From contig JAQBHB010000110.1 of assembly GCA_032128115.1 (NCBI GenBank), forward strand, positions 1-30,238: a DNA stretch of 30,238 bases, given 5' to 3'. Positions 12,267-20,012 of the stretch are shown here, one piece after another. The notes under the pieces were generated by a model. That model was not told the DNA's origin. It worked only from the letters and a program-made list of their open reading frames with translations, and ran no database searches. The stretch is from Deltaproteobacteria bacterium (GTDB taxonomy: Bacteria; Myxococcota_A; UBA9160; SMWR01). The translations under genes and the position numbers were made by a program. Within the stretch, counting starts at the first letter, position 1; each line of letters opens with the position of its first letter.

Positions 12267-13123
12267 CGCTCGCCCCAGCTGAGCTTCTGTCGCATCACCT
12301 CGAAACGATTGCGACCCGGCGGCACCAGCAGCCGCACGGAATGCTCCGAGCGGCGCACGCGGACGCAATCGCCGTCGCCCAGCTCGAGCCCCACCTGGCC
12401 GTCGACGGTGAGCTGCACCTCACTGCCCGGGCGGCCGCGCACGCTGACCGCCACCTCGCAGGTCTCGGGCAGGAGGAGCGGCCGCTGGCTGAGCGAGTGG
12501 GGACAGATGGGCGTGAGCAGGATCGCCTCCAACGAGGGCAGCACCAGGGGACCGCCCGCCGACAGCGAGTAGGCCGTGGACCCGGTGGGCGTCGCCACGA
12601 TCAGGCCATCCGAGTGGTACGTGGTGACCTCGGCCCCGTCAGCCCACACCTCGAGATCGACGATGCGAGCCAACGCGGTGTTGGCAATCACTGCGTCGTT
12701 CAGGGCCAGGTAGCGGCCCCGTTCCTCGCCCTCGCGGTCGACCACCACCTCGAGACGCATGCGCATCTCCGTGTGGAATCGCCCTGCGATCACCTCTTCC
12801 AGCGCCGGAAAAAGCCCGTCGCGGGCCGTCTCGGTCAAGAAGCCCAGGGTGCCCAGGTTGACGCCGAGGACGGCGACCGGGCGACTGTCGATGGCACGCG
12901 CAGCGGCCAGCAACGTGCCGTCGCCGCCAAGCACCACCACGAGATCCACCTTCTCGGCCATCTCACGTCGAGGCGAGGCTTCCGCAGTGGTCCACTGGCC
13001 CGACTCCGGGTCGGGCACCACGGTCAGGCGTCGCTCCACGAGCCAGGCCTCGAGCTCGCGGATCAGGTCCGCGAGCTGCGGCTGGTCGGGTTTGACACAA
13101 ATTCCTACGGATCGGAGGTCCAT
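12263..13123 (-). CDS. nadK: NAD(+) kinase
   Basis: LGGDGTLL, GVNLGTLGFL, ALND and DGLIVATPTGSTAYSLSAGGP. ATG at 13123; the longer ORF-track extension overlaps rarA. Confidence 0.96.
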   Translation of the reverse strand: MDLRSVGICVKPDQPQLADLIRELEAWLVERRLTVVPDPESGQWTTAEASPRREMAEKVDLVVVLGGDGTLLAAARAIDSRPVAVLGVNLGTLGFLTETARDGLFPALEEVIAGRFHTEMRMRLEVVVDREGEERGRYLALNDAVIANTALARIVDLEVWADGAEVTTYHSDGLIVATPTGSTAYSLSAGGPLVLPSLEAILLTPICPHSLSQRPLLLPETCEVAVSVRGRPGSEVQLTVDGQVGLELGDGDCVRVRRSEHSVRLLVPPGRNRFEVMRQKLSWGER

Positions 13124-13155
13124 GGTTTGCTCGGAGCCCCCGGAATATCCCACGT

Positions 13156-13164
13156 TGCTAGAAT
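13156..13164 (+). promoter_or_regulatory. Extended -10 element (TGcTAGAAT), 6 nt before the rarA ATG
   Basis: Match to TGnTAnnnT with no Shine-Dalgarno sequence between it and the ATG. Confidence 0.5.
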
Positions 13165-13170
13165 CCGCGC

Positions 13171-14553
13171 ATGCCCCCCGATGATGCGCCGGAGCTGTTT
13201 CCCGCATCGCCGCGAGACGCCGGCGGCTCGCCCTCGGAAGCGCCCGACTCCCATGCGCCGCTCGCGGATCGCATGCGACCCCGCAGCCTGGACGAGATCC
13301 TGGGACAGGATCACCTGCTGGCCGAGGGCACCGCCCTGGGCTCCCTGGTGGAAGCCGGCGAGCTGCCCTCGCTGATCCTGTGGGGGCCGCCCGGCTGCGG
13401 CAAGACGACACTGGCGCGCGTTCTGGCAAGCCGGTCGGATGCGCGCTTCGAGCCGCTCTCGGCCGTGACCGCTGGCGTGAAGGAGATCCGCGCGGTGGTG
13501 GAGCGGGCCCGTCACGAGCGGCGCTCGGGGCGCCGCACCCTGCTCTTCCTGGACGAGCTTCACCGCCTGAATCGGGCCCAGCAGGACGCCCTGCTGCCCC
13601 ATGTGGAAACCGGCACGGTCACGCTGATCGGCGCCACCACCGAGAATCCGTCGTTCGAGGTGATCGCACCGCTGCTCTCGCGCTGCCGCGTCTACACCCT
13701 GTCGCGTCTCCCGCCCGACGCGCTGGTGGCCTTGATGCGACGGGCGATCGCCGACGAGGAACGCGGCCTCGGCCGCCAGGGCGTAGCACTTCCCGACGAT
13801 GTGGTGGAGGCCCTGGCGCACGCGGCCGACGGCGACGCCCGACGCGCGCTGGGCATGCTGGAGACCTCGGTGGCCATCCAACGCCAGCGCGGCGAGGGCC
13901 CCGACGTCTTGACGCTGGAAGCCGTGCGCGAAGCGGTGGGGCGTCGCCTGCTGGCCCACGACCGGGATCGCGACGAGCACTACAACGTGGTATCGGCCCT
14001 GATCAAGAGTCTGCGCGCCAGCGATCCGGACGCGGCCCTCTACTACGCGGCGCGCATGTTGGAAGCGGGCGAGGACGCCCTGTTCGTGGCGCGCCGGCTG
14101 GTGATCTTCGCCAGCGAGGACGTTGGAAATGCCGAGCCCAGCGCCCTGGGGGTGGCCGTGGCGGCCTTCCAGGCGGTGGAGCGGATCGGAATGCCCGAGG
14201 GACGCATTCCGCTGGCCCAGGCCGTGACGTTCCTGGCCTGTGCGCCCAAGAGCAACGCCTCGTACGTGGCGATCGAACGCGCGCGCAAGGCCGCCATTGA
14301 GGGCGGCAGCCTGCCGGTGCCCCTTCACCTGCGAAACGCGCCGACGGGGCTCATGAAGGGCCTGGGCTACGGCCGCGACTACGAATATCCCCACGATGCG
14401 CCCGATACCTTTGTCGCCACGCCCAACCTGCCCGACGCCCTGCGGGGCGCCCGCTTCTACGAGCCGACGCAGCGCGGCGCCGAACGTGAGATCGCCGAGC
14501 GCCTCGCGGCATGGCGAGGCAAGCGGCTGGCCCGGGACGAGCCGGGGTCCTGA
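13171..14553 (+). CDS. rarA: Replication-associated recombination protein A (MgsA/RarA AAA+ ATPase)
   Basis: [42 protein letters not shown] and [10 protein letters not shown] motifs. Confidence 0.96.
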   Translation: MPPDDAPELFPASPRDAGGSPSEAPDSHAPLADRMRPRSLDEILGQDHLLAEGTALGSLVEAGELPSLILWGPPGCGKTTLARVLASRSDARFEPLSAVTAGVKEIRAVVERARHERRSGRRTLLFLDELHRLNRAQQDALLPHVETGTVTLIGATTENPSFEVIAPLLSRCRVYTLSRLPPDALVALMRRAIADEERGLGRQGVALPDDVVEALAHAADGDARRALGMLETSVAIQRQRGEGPDVLTLEAVREAVGRRLLAHDRDRDEHYNVVSALIKSLRASDPDAALYYAARMLEAGEDALFVARRLVIFASEDVGNAEPSALGVAVAAFQAVERIGMPEGRIPLAQAVTFLACAPKSNASYVAIERARKAAIEGGSLPVPLHLRNAPTGLMKGLGYGRDYEYPHDAPDTFVATPNLPDALRGARFYEPTQRGAEREIAERLAAWRGKRLARDEPGS

Positions 14554-14558
14554 TCCGG

Positions 14559-15194
14559 ATGCCCGGGTCCGGCGCGCCCGACCGCCTTCAGGCCGTGGTC
14601 TTCGATCTGGGCGGCGTGCTGATCGACTGGAATCCGCGCCACCTGTTTCGAAAGGTCTTCGACGGGGACGAACCGGCCATGGAACACTTCCTGGCCACCG
14701 TGTGTACTCCCGCCTGGAACGACCAGCAGGATCGCGGCCGCCCCTTCGAAGTGGGCATCGCCCTGCTGCTCGCTGAACATCCGGGCTTCGCCGAGCCGAT
14801 CCGCGCCTTCCGCTCGCGTTGGATCGAGATGCTGGCGGGCCCCGTCCCCGGCAGCGTCGAACTCCTGTCCGAGTTGCGGGAACGCGGCACGGCGATCTTC
14901 GCGCTCAGCAACTGGTCGGCGGAAACCTACCCCGAGGCCCGGGATCACTATCCCTTCTTGTCGTGGTTCCAGCAGATCCTGCTCTCGGGGGAAGTCGGAC
15001 TCGCCAAGCCCGACCCGGCCATCTTCGAGCTGGCTCGCGAACGCTTCGGCATCCGACCCGCCGCATCGCTGTTCATCGACGACTCGCTGGCCAACGTGGA
15101 AGGCGCACGCGCCGCCGGCTTCCAGACCACGCACTTTCGCGACGCCCGGTCGCTTCGCCGGGACCTGGCGGCGGCGGGCCTGCTGCCGGGCTGA
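14559..15194 (+). CDS. HAD-superfamily hydrolase (2-haloacid dehalogenase-like/phosphatase)
   Basis: VVFDLGGVLIDW, ALSNW, KPDPAIF and FIDD motifs. Confidence 0.9.
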   Translation: MPGSGAPDRLQAVVFDLGGVLIDWNPRHLFRKVFDGDEPAMEHFLATVCTPAWNDQQDRGRPFEVGIALLLAEHPGFAEPIRAFRSRWIEMLAGPVPGSVELLSELRERGTAIFALSNWSAETYPEARDHYPFLSWFQQILLSGEVGLAKPDPAIFELARERFGIRPAASLFIDDSLANVEGARAAGFQTTHFRDARSLRRDLAAAGLLPG

Positions 15195-15218
15195 GCCTCG
15201 GAACCCGCAACACCGAAA

Positions 15219-16415
15219 TCAGGCAAACAGACCGGGATAGAAGCTGCGGTCGACGGCGAACCCGGGCAGCAGCTCCGACGGGTTGGCGACGCCCAGGTGG
15301 CGGTCGAGGATCTCGGCGAAGACGTCACGGAAATCGGTGGTGATCGCCAGGTCGCGACCCTCGTGGAGATTCTCGGGCTCGAGCCCGGGCCACGCGCCGC
15401 CGGCCGTCAAGACACGCCCTCCCGACACGCCACCCCCCAACGCGAACATCACGCTTCCGTGTCCATGTTCGGTTCCGCCGGAACCATTCTCGAGAGCGGC
15501 GCGCCCGAACTCGGTCATCGCGAGCGTGAGCGTGCGCGCGGCGGCCCCTTCCAGGTCGGTGTGGAAGGCGGCCAGGCTCGACGCCAGGTCGGAAGCGACG
15601 GGGCCGATCTGACGAGGCGCCTCGCTGTGGTGGTCCCAGCCCCCCAGGTCGACGCAGATGGCGCGCACCCCCAGGTCGGCCTTGATCAGCGCCGCAGCGT
15701 TGCACAGCGCCGCGCCGAAGTCCGTGTCGGGGTACAGGCCCGCACCCGACGGCTCCACTCGCGCCAGCACATCCAGGGCAGCGAAGGCGCCGTCGGCCGC
15801 CGCTCCCAACGCGAAATCGGGCCCGCCGATATACAGGGATTCCAACGCGGCCATGCGCGCCGGCGCAAAGGCCCCACCCAGGCCGAAGTCCGCCAGCGAC
15901 GAAAAATCCAGGGTCGGGTGCGCGCCGCGCAGCGACGGACTCGTACCCGAGCCGACGCTGATGCCACCGAAATGGTCCGGGGCGCGCTGGGCCCCCAGGA
16001 AGCGGTTGAGCCAACCCCGCGTCTCGAAGCGACTCGAGAGCTGCGCGGTGTCCATGAAATGCTGGGCGTCGAAGTGGGAGCGCGTCGCATCCGGGCTACC
16101 CACGGCGTGGATCACGGCGAGCCGGCCGGCTTCGAAATGCGACTGCAAGGGTGCCAGCGCCGGGTGAAGGCCGTAGAAACCATCCAGGTCGATCACGTCT
16201 CCCGCGGGCACGTGGATGCTCGGGCGAACCTTGTAGTAGGCCGGGTCGCCGTGGGGCACCACCAGACTCAAACCGTCCGCTGCGCCCCGCAGGAAGATCG
16301 ACACCACCACCGAATCCGGGCTTCCCGCCTTGGCCATCCGGACCGCGCCAGGCACCAGGAAGCTGGCCAGGCTCACAGCTCCGCATTTCATCAGATCTCG
16401 TCGCGTCAACGACAC
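15219..16415 (-). CDS. DUF1501 family protein with a twin-arginine signal
   Basis: TRRDLMK Tat motif; FLRGAADGLS, RSHFDAQ, GGWDHH, TEFGR and GTEHG; follows DUF1800; GAGGAG RBS. Confidence 0.88.
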   Translation of the reverse strand: MSLTRRDLMKCGAVSLASFLVPGAVRMAKAGSPDSVVVSIFLRGAADGLSLVVPHGDPAYYKVRPSIHVPAGDVIDLDGFYGLHPALAPLQSHFEAGRLAVIHAVGSPDATRSHFDAQHFMDTAQLSSRFETRGWLNRFLGAQRAPDHFGGISVGSGTSPSLRGAHPTLDFSSLADFGLGGAFAPARMAALESLYIGGPDFALGAAADGAFAALDVLARVEPSGAGLYPDTDFGAALCNAAALIKADLGVRAICVDLGGWDHHSEAPRQIGPVASDLASSLAAFHTDLEGAAARTLTLAMTEFGRAALENGSGGTEHGHGSVMFALGGGVSGGRVLTAGGAWPGLEPENLHEGRDLAITTDFRDVFAEILDRHLGVANPSELLPGFAVDRSFYPGLFA

Positions 16416-16425
16416 GGCTCTCTCC

Positions 16426-17976
16426 TCAGTGCGTCAGGAACTCGGAGGTCGACAGGAGCATGGCGGCAGCCTCGGACACTCGGACCGGGTCCGCGCGTTT
16501 CACCTGCTCGACGTATTCCGAGACGGCGATGCGCGTTTCGGGCGAAATGCCACCGGGCACGAGACGCGGGATCAGCGCTTCGACGATCTCCCCTGCGCTC
16601 CCTCCGACCACTCCGTAGTTGATGCCCAGCCACGGGTTGCGCGCGATCGCGTGGATCAGGTTGAAGCGCTTGAAAAGCGTCGCCGAGCTGGCCCAGTGGA
16701 CCGAATCTTCGGGAAATCCAATGGGCTCCGGGGCCATGTACAAGGGCTCGCCCATGTCTGCGATCTGTCGGTCGACACTCTCGAGCTCGACCCGGCCGAC
16801 CCGCAGGTCGGCTCCGGTCGCGCGCACCAGGCTGGCCGCCAGCACCAGCGGTCGTTTGACCTTCTCGCGGTAGTGCTCCTGCAGGAAGTCCGGCGAGGTG
16901 AGGATCGTCCGCATCACTTCCCGCAGGTCGCCGCCCGTGGCCAGGAACGTGTCCCGGGCTTCGGCCACCAGCTGGGGGGGCGGGTCCTCGGACACGAAGC
17001 GCCGGATCAACAACGTGCTCACACGTTCAGCGGTGCGCGGGTGATTCGCCAGGAAGGACAGCAGCGCGAGACCGTCGTCCATCCCGCCCGATCGGGGAAT
17101 CTCGAGCTCACGCAGCACGTGCTTCTCGCCGCGATCGTGAGCGGTGAGCTGGAACTCGAAGAAGCGTGACTGCTCATAGACGGCCTGGCTGCGCTCGTGA
17201 TCCACCTCGCCCGAGGGGAGCAGGTAGTCCTTCCAGCGCTGAACCAGCAGCCAGCCCGTCATGGCCCGTGCCACGGCCACCACATCCTCCTGGGTGAAGC
17301 CGGTCTCGACACCCAGCGTGTGCAGCTCCAGGAGTTCGCGGGCATAGTTCTCGTTCAATCCGAGGCCCTGTGCGTCCTCCCGCTGGTTGGTGCCATTGTC
17401 CAGGTAGTCGAGCATGGCCGGCGACTGCGCGGTGGACACCAGCATGTCTTCGAAGCGCTCGAGCACGTGGGGACGGATCGCGTCGCGCTCGTGGGTGACG
17501 GCGCCCACCCGGCCGAGCCCGCTGCTGGCGTCCACGTTGAAATGATCGAACCAGAAATCGACGAGAACCGCCTCGAGCTGCCGGCGGCTGTAGATGGATC
17601 GCAGGAGCTTGGCGGTGCGAAGCTGATCGAGCGCATCGGACGAGCGACCCATGGGACAACCGCTGCAGAAGCTCGCCTGTAACGCCTCCCAATCCAGCTG
17701 CAGCGCGTCGAGGCTGGCGATGCGCGCCTCGAAGAGGGAATCGTCGATGCTCTCGGGATGGAGCTGCTCGTCGATATAGGCGGCAACGCCGATTCCCCCG
17801 ATCCGCAGTCGCGACCAGACGTCCGGCCCGTAGCCGATGCGGTTGAGGACGTGTTCGATCTGGGGCTTGGGAGCCAGTGCAGGATCGGTGCAATCACCGC
17901 CCGCCGCCGCCACAGCGGCGAGTAACAGTGCTGCCACCAGCGCGCGGTGTGCGCCGCTCGAACGGTAGCCGGACAT
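16426..17976 (-). CDS. DUF1800 family protein with an N-terminal export signal
   Basis: LNRIGYGP, FWFDHFNV, SPAMLDYLDN, NENYARELLELHTLG and KVKRP motifs. Confidence 0.9.
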   Translation of the reverse strand: MSGYRSSGAHRALVAALLLAAVAAAGGDCTDPALAPKPQIEHVLNRIGYGPDVWSRLRIGGIGVAAYIDEQLHPESIDDSLFEARIASLDALQLDWEALQASFCSGCPMGRSSDALDQLRTAKLLRSIYSRRQLEAVLVDFWFDHFNVDASSGLGRVGAVTHERDAIRPHVLERFEDMLVSTAQSPAMLDYLDNGTNQREDAQGLGLNENYARELLELHTLGVETGFTQEDVVAVARAMTGWLLVQRWKDYLLPSGEVDHERSQAVYEQSRFFEFQLTAHDRGEKHVLRELEIPRSGGMDDGLALLSFLANHPRTAERVSTLLIRRFVSEDPPPQLVAEARDTFLATGGDLREVMRTILTSPDFLQEHYREKVKRPLVLAASLVRATGADLRVGRVELESVDRQIADMGEPLYMAPEPIGFPEDSVHWASSATLFKRFNLIHAIARNPWLGINYGVVGGSAGEIVEALIPRLVPGGISPETRIAVSEYVEQVKRADPVRVSEAAAMLLSTSEFLTH

Positions 17977-18230
17977 CCTCGACCCTCCGATCGAACCGGC
18001 GCTCCCGTCGCGCCCGTTCGAAACCTGCCCCTGCTCGAAGTAGTGGCGCCCGACGCTGGCGCGTGGCAGTGGGAATCGGATTCAGTTCAGAAAACCTGAA
18101 GTCGTGGGGAAGAAGCCCCGCATTCCCGACGGCTCTCGGCTCGAGGATTCCGCAGGCCCTGCGAACAGTTGGGAGCGAAGCCTGAACCGAGGCGCTAGAG
18201 GGGGGGCGGTAACCTTCGGCGCCCGCGAGC

Positions 18231-18323
18231 GACCGCCTGGGAGGCACGGTCCGGGTGATCGGAAATGGCGGCCAGCGCGCCGCCGATGACCTCGCTCTCC
18301 TGGTGATCGATGCTCTCGTCGCC
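18231..18323 (-). pseudogene. phoU: Probable phoU fragment
   Basis: GDESIDHQESEVIGGALAAISDHPDRASQAV resembles the second PhoU helical repeat (D-x-x-I/V-D...P), recognised from memory. It is fused directly after the pstS fragment. Confidence 0.45.
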
Positions 18324-18498
18324 TTCGAGAGCCAGCTCGTTGAAGGCGTCGCGGGTGCCCGAGCTGGGCGGCGGCCCGAGCACCTCGATCGCGAGTTCGG
18401 GCAGTGCGGCGTTCACGTCCTTCCAGGTCGTGTTCGGGTTCTGCACGAGATCGCCGTTTGGCGCCGGATTCCACGATGCTTCTCTTCGGAATCAACAC
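18321..18498 (-). pseudogene. pstS: pstS (phosphate-binding protein) remnant: RBS, first codons and an out-of-frame internal fragment
   Basis: GGAGG RBS at 18506-18510, then GTG-LIPKRSIV. A different frame reads PNGDLVQNPNTTWKDVNAALPELAIEVLGPPPSSGTRDAFNELALEG, containing the PstS-type SGT motif. Confidence 0.75.
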
Positions 18499-18550
18499 GG
18501 GTGAACCTCCACATTGTCTGATTCAAATCCGCGAGAAGGCTCGGGGCCCT

Positions 18551-18592
18551 CTGTGACCCCCCGCGGGCGGATCTGTGACAGTTCGGTGACAT
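18551..18592 (-). promoter_or_regulatory. Pho-box-like direct repeats
   Basis: The minus strand reads ATGTCACCGAACTGTCACAGAT...GGTCACAG. GTCAC units lie at + coordinates 18586, 18575 and 18553 (11 and 22 bp spacing), directly upstream of the pstS remnant. Confidence 0.7.
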
Positions 18593-18622
18593 GGGGTCGA
18601 TTGGATTTATACTGGTTCGACG

Positions 18623-19021
18623 ATGGCCCTCACGACGATCGCAAGCTTCCGCGAAGCCCACTCGGCCCACATCGCCCGGGCCAAGCTCGAGGCGGCCGGG
18701 ATCCCCGCCTTCGTGGCGGACGAGCATCTCGTGGGGGTCCAGTGGTTCTATTCCGACGCGATCGGCGGGGTGAAGGTCCAGGTGCCGGCCTCGTTCGCGG
18801 ACGAGGCACGCGAGATCGTCGCCGCCGACCTCTCCGCGGGCGTGGCCGCCGAACGCCACAGCCAACGGGGCCGTCGACGGATCGGGCGCGCGATTTGCCC
18901 CGCCTGCGGGAGTGGGCTCGGCCACCCGGAGACGGTTTCGCGCGACGTGACCTCGGGGCGGCGCCGATTCGTCGTCTGGAGCCAGCGCGCCACCTGCACA
19001 CACTGCGGCCACTGCAGCTAG
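18623..19021 (+). CDS. DUF2007 (putative signal-transducing) domain protein with a C-terminal zinc ribbon
   Basis: AHIARAKLEAAGIPAFVADEH...GGVKVQV followed by CPACG...CTHCG; TATACT at 18608-18613. Confidence 0.75.
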   Translation: MALTTIASFREAHSAHIARAKLEAAGIPAFVADEHLVGVQWFYSDAIGGVKVQVPASFADEAREIVAADLSAGVAAERHSQRGRRRIGRAICPACGSGLGHPETVSRDVTSGRRRFVVWSQRATCTHCGHCS

Positions 19022-19035
19022 GGAGGCCCGCCGAC

Positions 19036-19497
19036 CTGCTCCTCTTCAAGAATCTCCTCTTCACCGTGATCGCACCGGGAACGGTCGCGGGCTGGATTCC
19101 GTGGCTTCTCGTGCACGAGCGGACGCCGGCCTCGGGGCTGGTGCTCGCGCTGGCGATCGGGTTGTTCGGCCTGGGCGGGGCCATCTACACCTGGTGCGTG
19201 TGGGATTTCGCAAGCTTCGGGCGGGGCACGCCCGCGCCCATCGACGCCCCCCGAAAGCTCGTCATCCGCGGCCTCTACCGCTGGGTCCGGAACCCCATGT
19301 ACGTGGGGGTGCTCACCGTGATCCTGGCCTGGGCGTTGTGGTTCCAGGCGGCGAGCCTGGTGGTCTACGCGCTCGGAGTCGCCGCGTGCTTTCACGCCTT
19401 CATCCGGCTCTACGAGGAGCCTCACCTGGCGAGGCAGTTCGAGGCGGAGTACGAGGCCTACCGGGAGCGGGTCGGTCGTTGGATTCCACGTCTCTAG
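19036..19497 (+). CDS. Isoprenylcysteine carboxyl methyltransferase (ICMT/PEMT) family membrane protein
   Basis: GRGTPAPIDAPRKLVIRGLYRWVRNPMYVG, YEEPHL..FEAEY..Y..RVGRW. Start is either CTG at 19036 or GTG at 19066. Confidence 0.85.
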   Translation: MLLFKNLLFTVIAPGTVAGWIPWLLVHERTPASGLVLALAIGLFGLGGAIYTWCVWDFASFGRGTPAPIDAPRKLVIRGLYRWVRNPMYVGVLTVILAWALWFQAASLVVYALGVAACFHAFIRLYEEPHLARQFEAEYEAYRERVGRWIPRL

Positions 19498-19516
19498 GGT
19501 GTGGCATGATGTGCGC

Positions 19517-19918
19517 ATGAACTCCCAGCAGACCCATCTCAAGTCGGTCGGCTACATCCTGTGGATATTCGGGTTCCTCGGCGCGCATCGCTTCTACTTC
19601 GGGAAGCCGATCTCCGGAACGATCTACTTCCTCACCCTGGGCCTCCTCGGGATCGGATGGCTCGTCGATCTGTTCCTGATTCCCTCGCTCGATCGCCAGG
19701 CGGAGCTGCGTTTCCAGGCCGGGGAAATCGACTACACCGTGGCCTGGATCCTGCTCACCTTCCTGGGGATCTTCGGAATCCATCGCTTCTACATGGGGAA
19801 GTGGTTCACCGGCTTCTTGTTCCTGATCACGGGCGGCATCGTGGGACTGGGCGTTCTCTACGACTTCTGGACGCTCAACGACCAGATCACCCTGGAGAAC
19901 GCATCGCGCAACGCCTGA
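19517..19918 (+). CDS. Tandem TM2-domain membrane protein
   Basis: Two repeats, FGFLGAHRFYFGK and LGIFGIHRFYMGK. Confidence 0.88.
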   Translation: MNSQQTHLKSVGYILWIFGFLGAHRFYFGKPISGTIYFLTLGLLGIGWLVDLFLIPSLDRQAELRFQAGEIDYTVAWILLTFLGIFGIHRFYMGKWFTGFLFLITGGIVGLGVLYDFWTLNDQITLENASRNA

Positions 19919-20012
19919 GGCCGCCATGACTCCCGATACTACGAGGCGCCCTGCCCGCCTCGAGAGGGAGCGAAGCACGGGGTAGCCTGCCATCCGATCG
20001 GGGAACGTCCGC

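Noticed and set aside
17977..18230. Possible further gene remnants (e.g. phoB) or an ncRNA between DUF1800 and the phoU-like fragment
   Set aside because: No convincing motif in any frame and no clear structure by eye; it needs a BLASTX/Infernal search.
18514..19035. N-terminal extension of the 327-aa ICMT ORF
   Set aside because: It overlaps the DUF2007 gene in another frame and is low-complexity Arg/Gly/Pro sequence.
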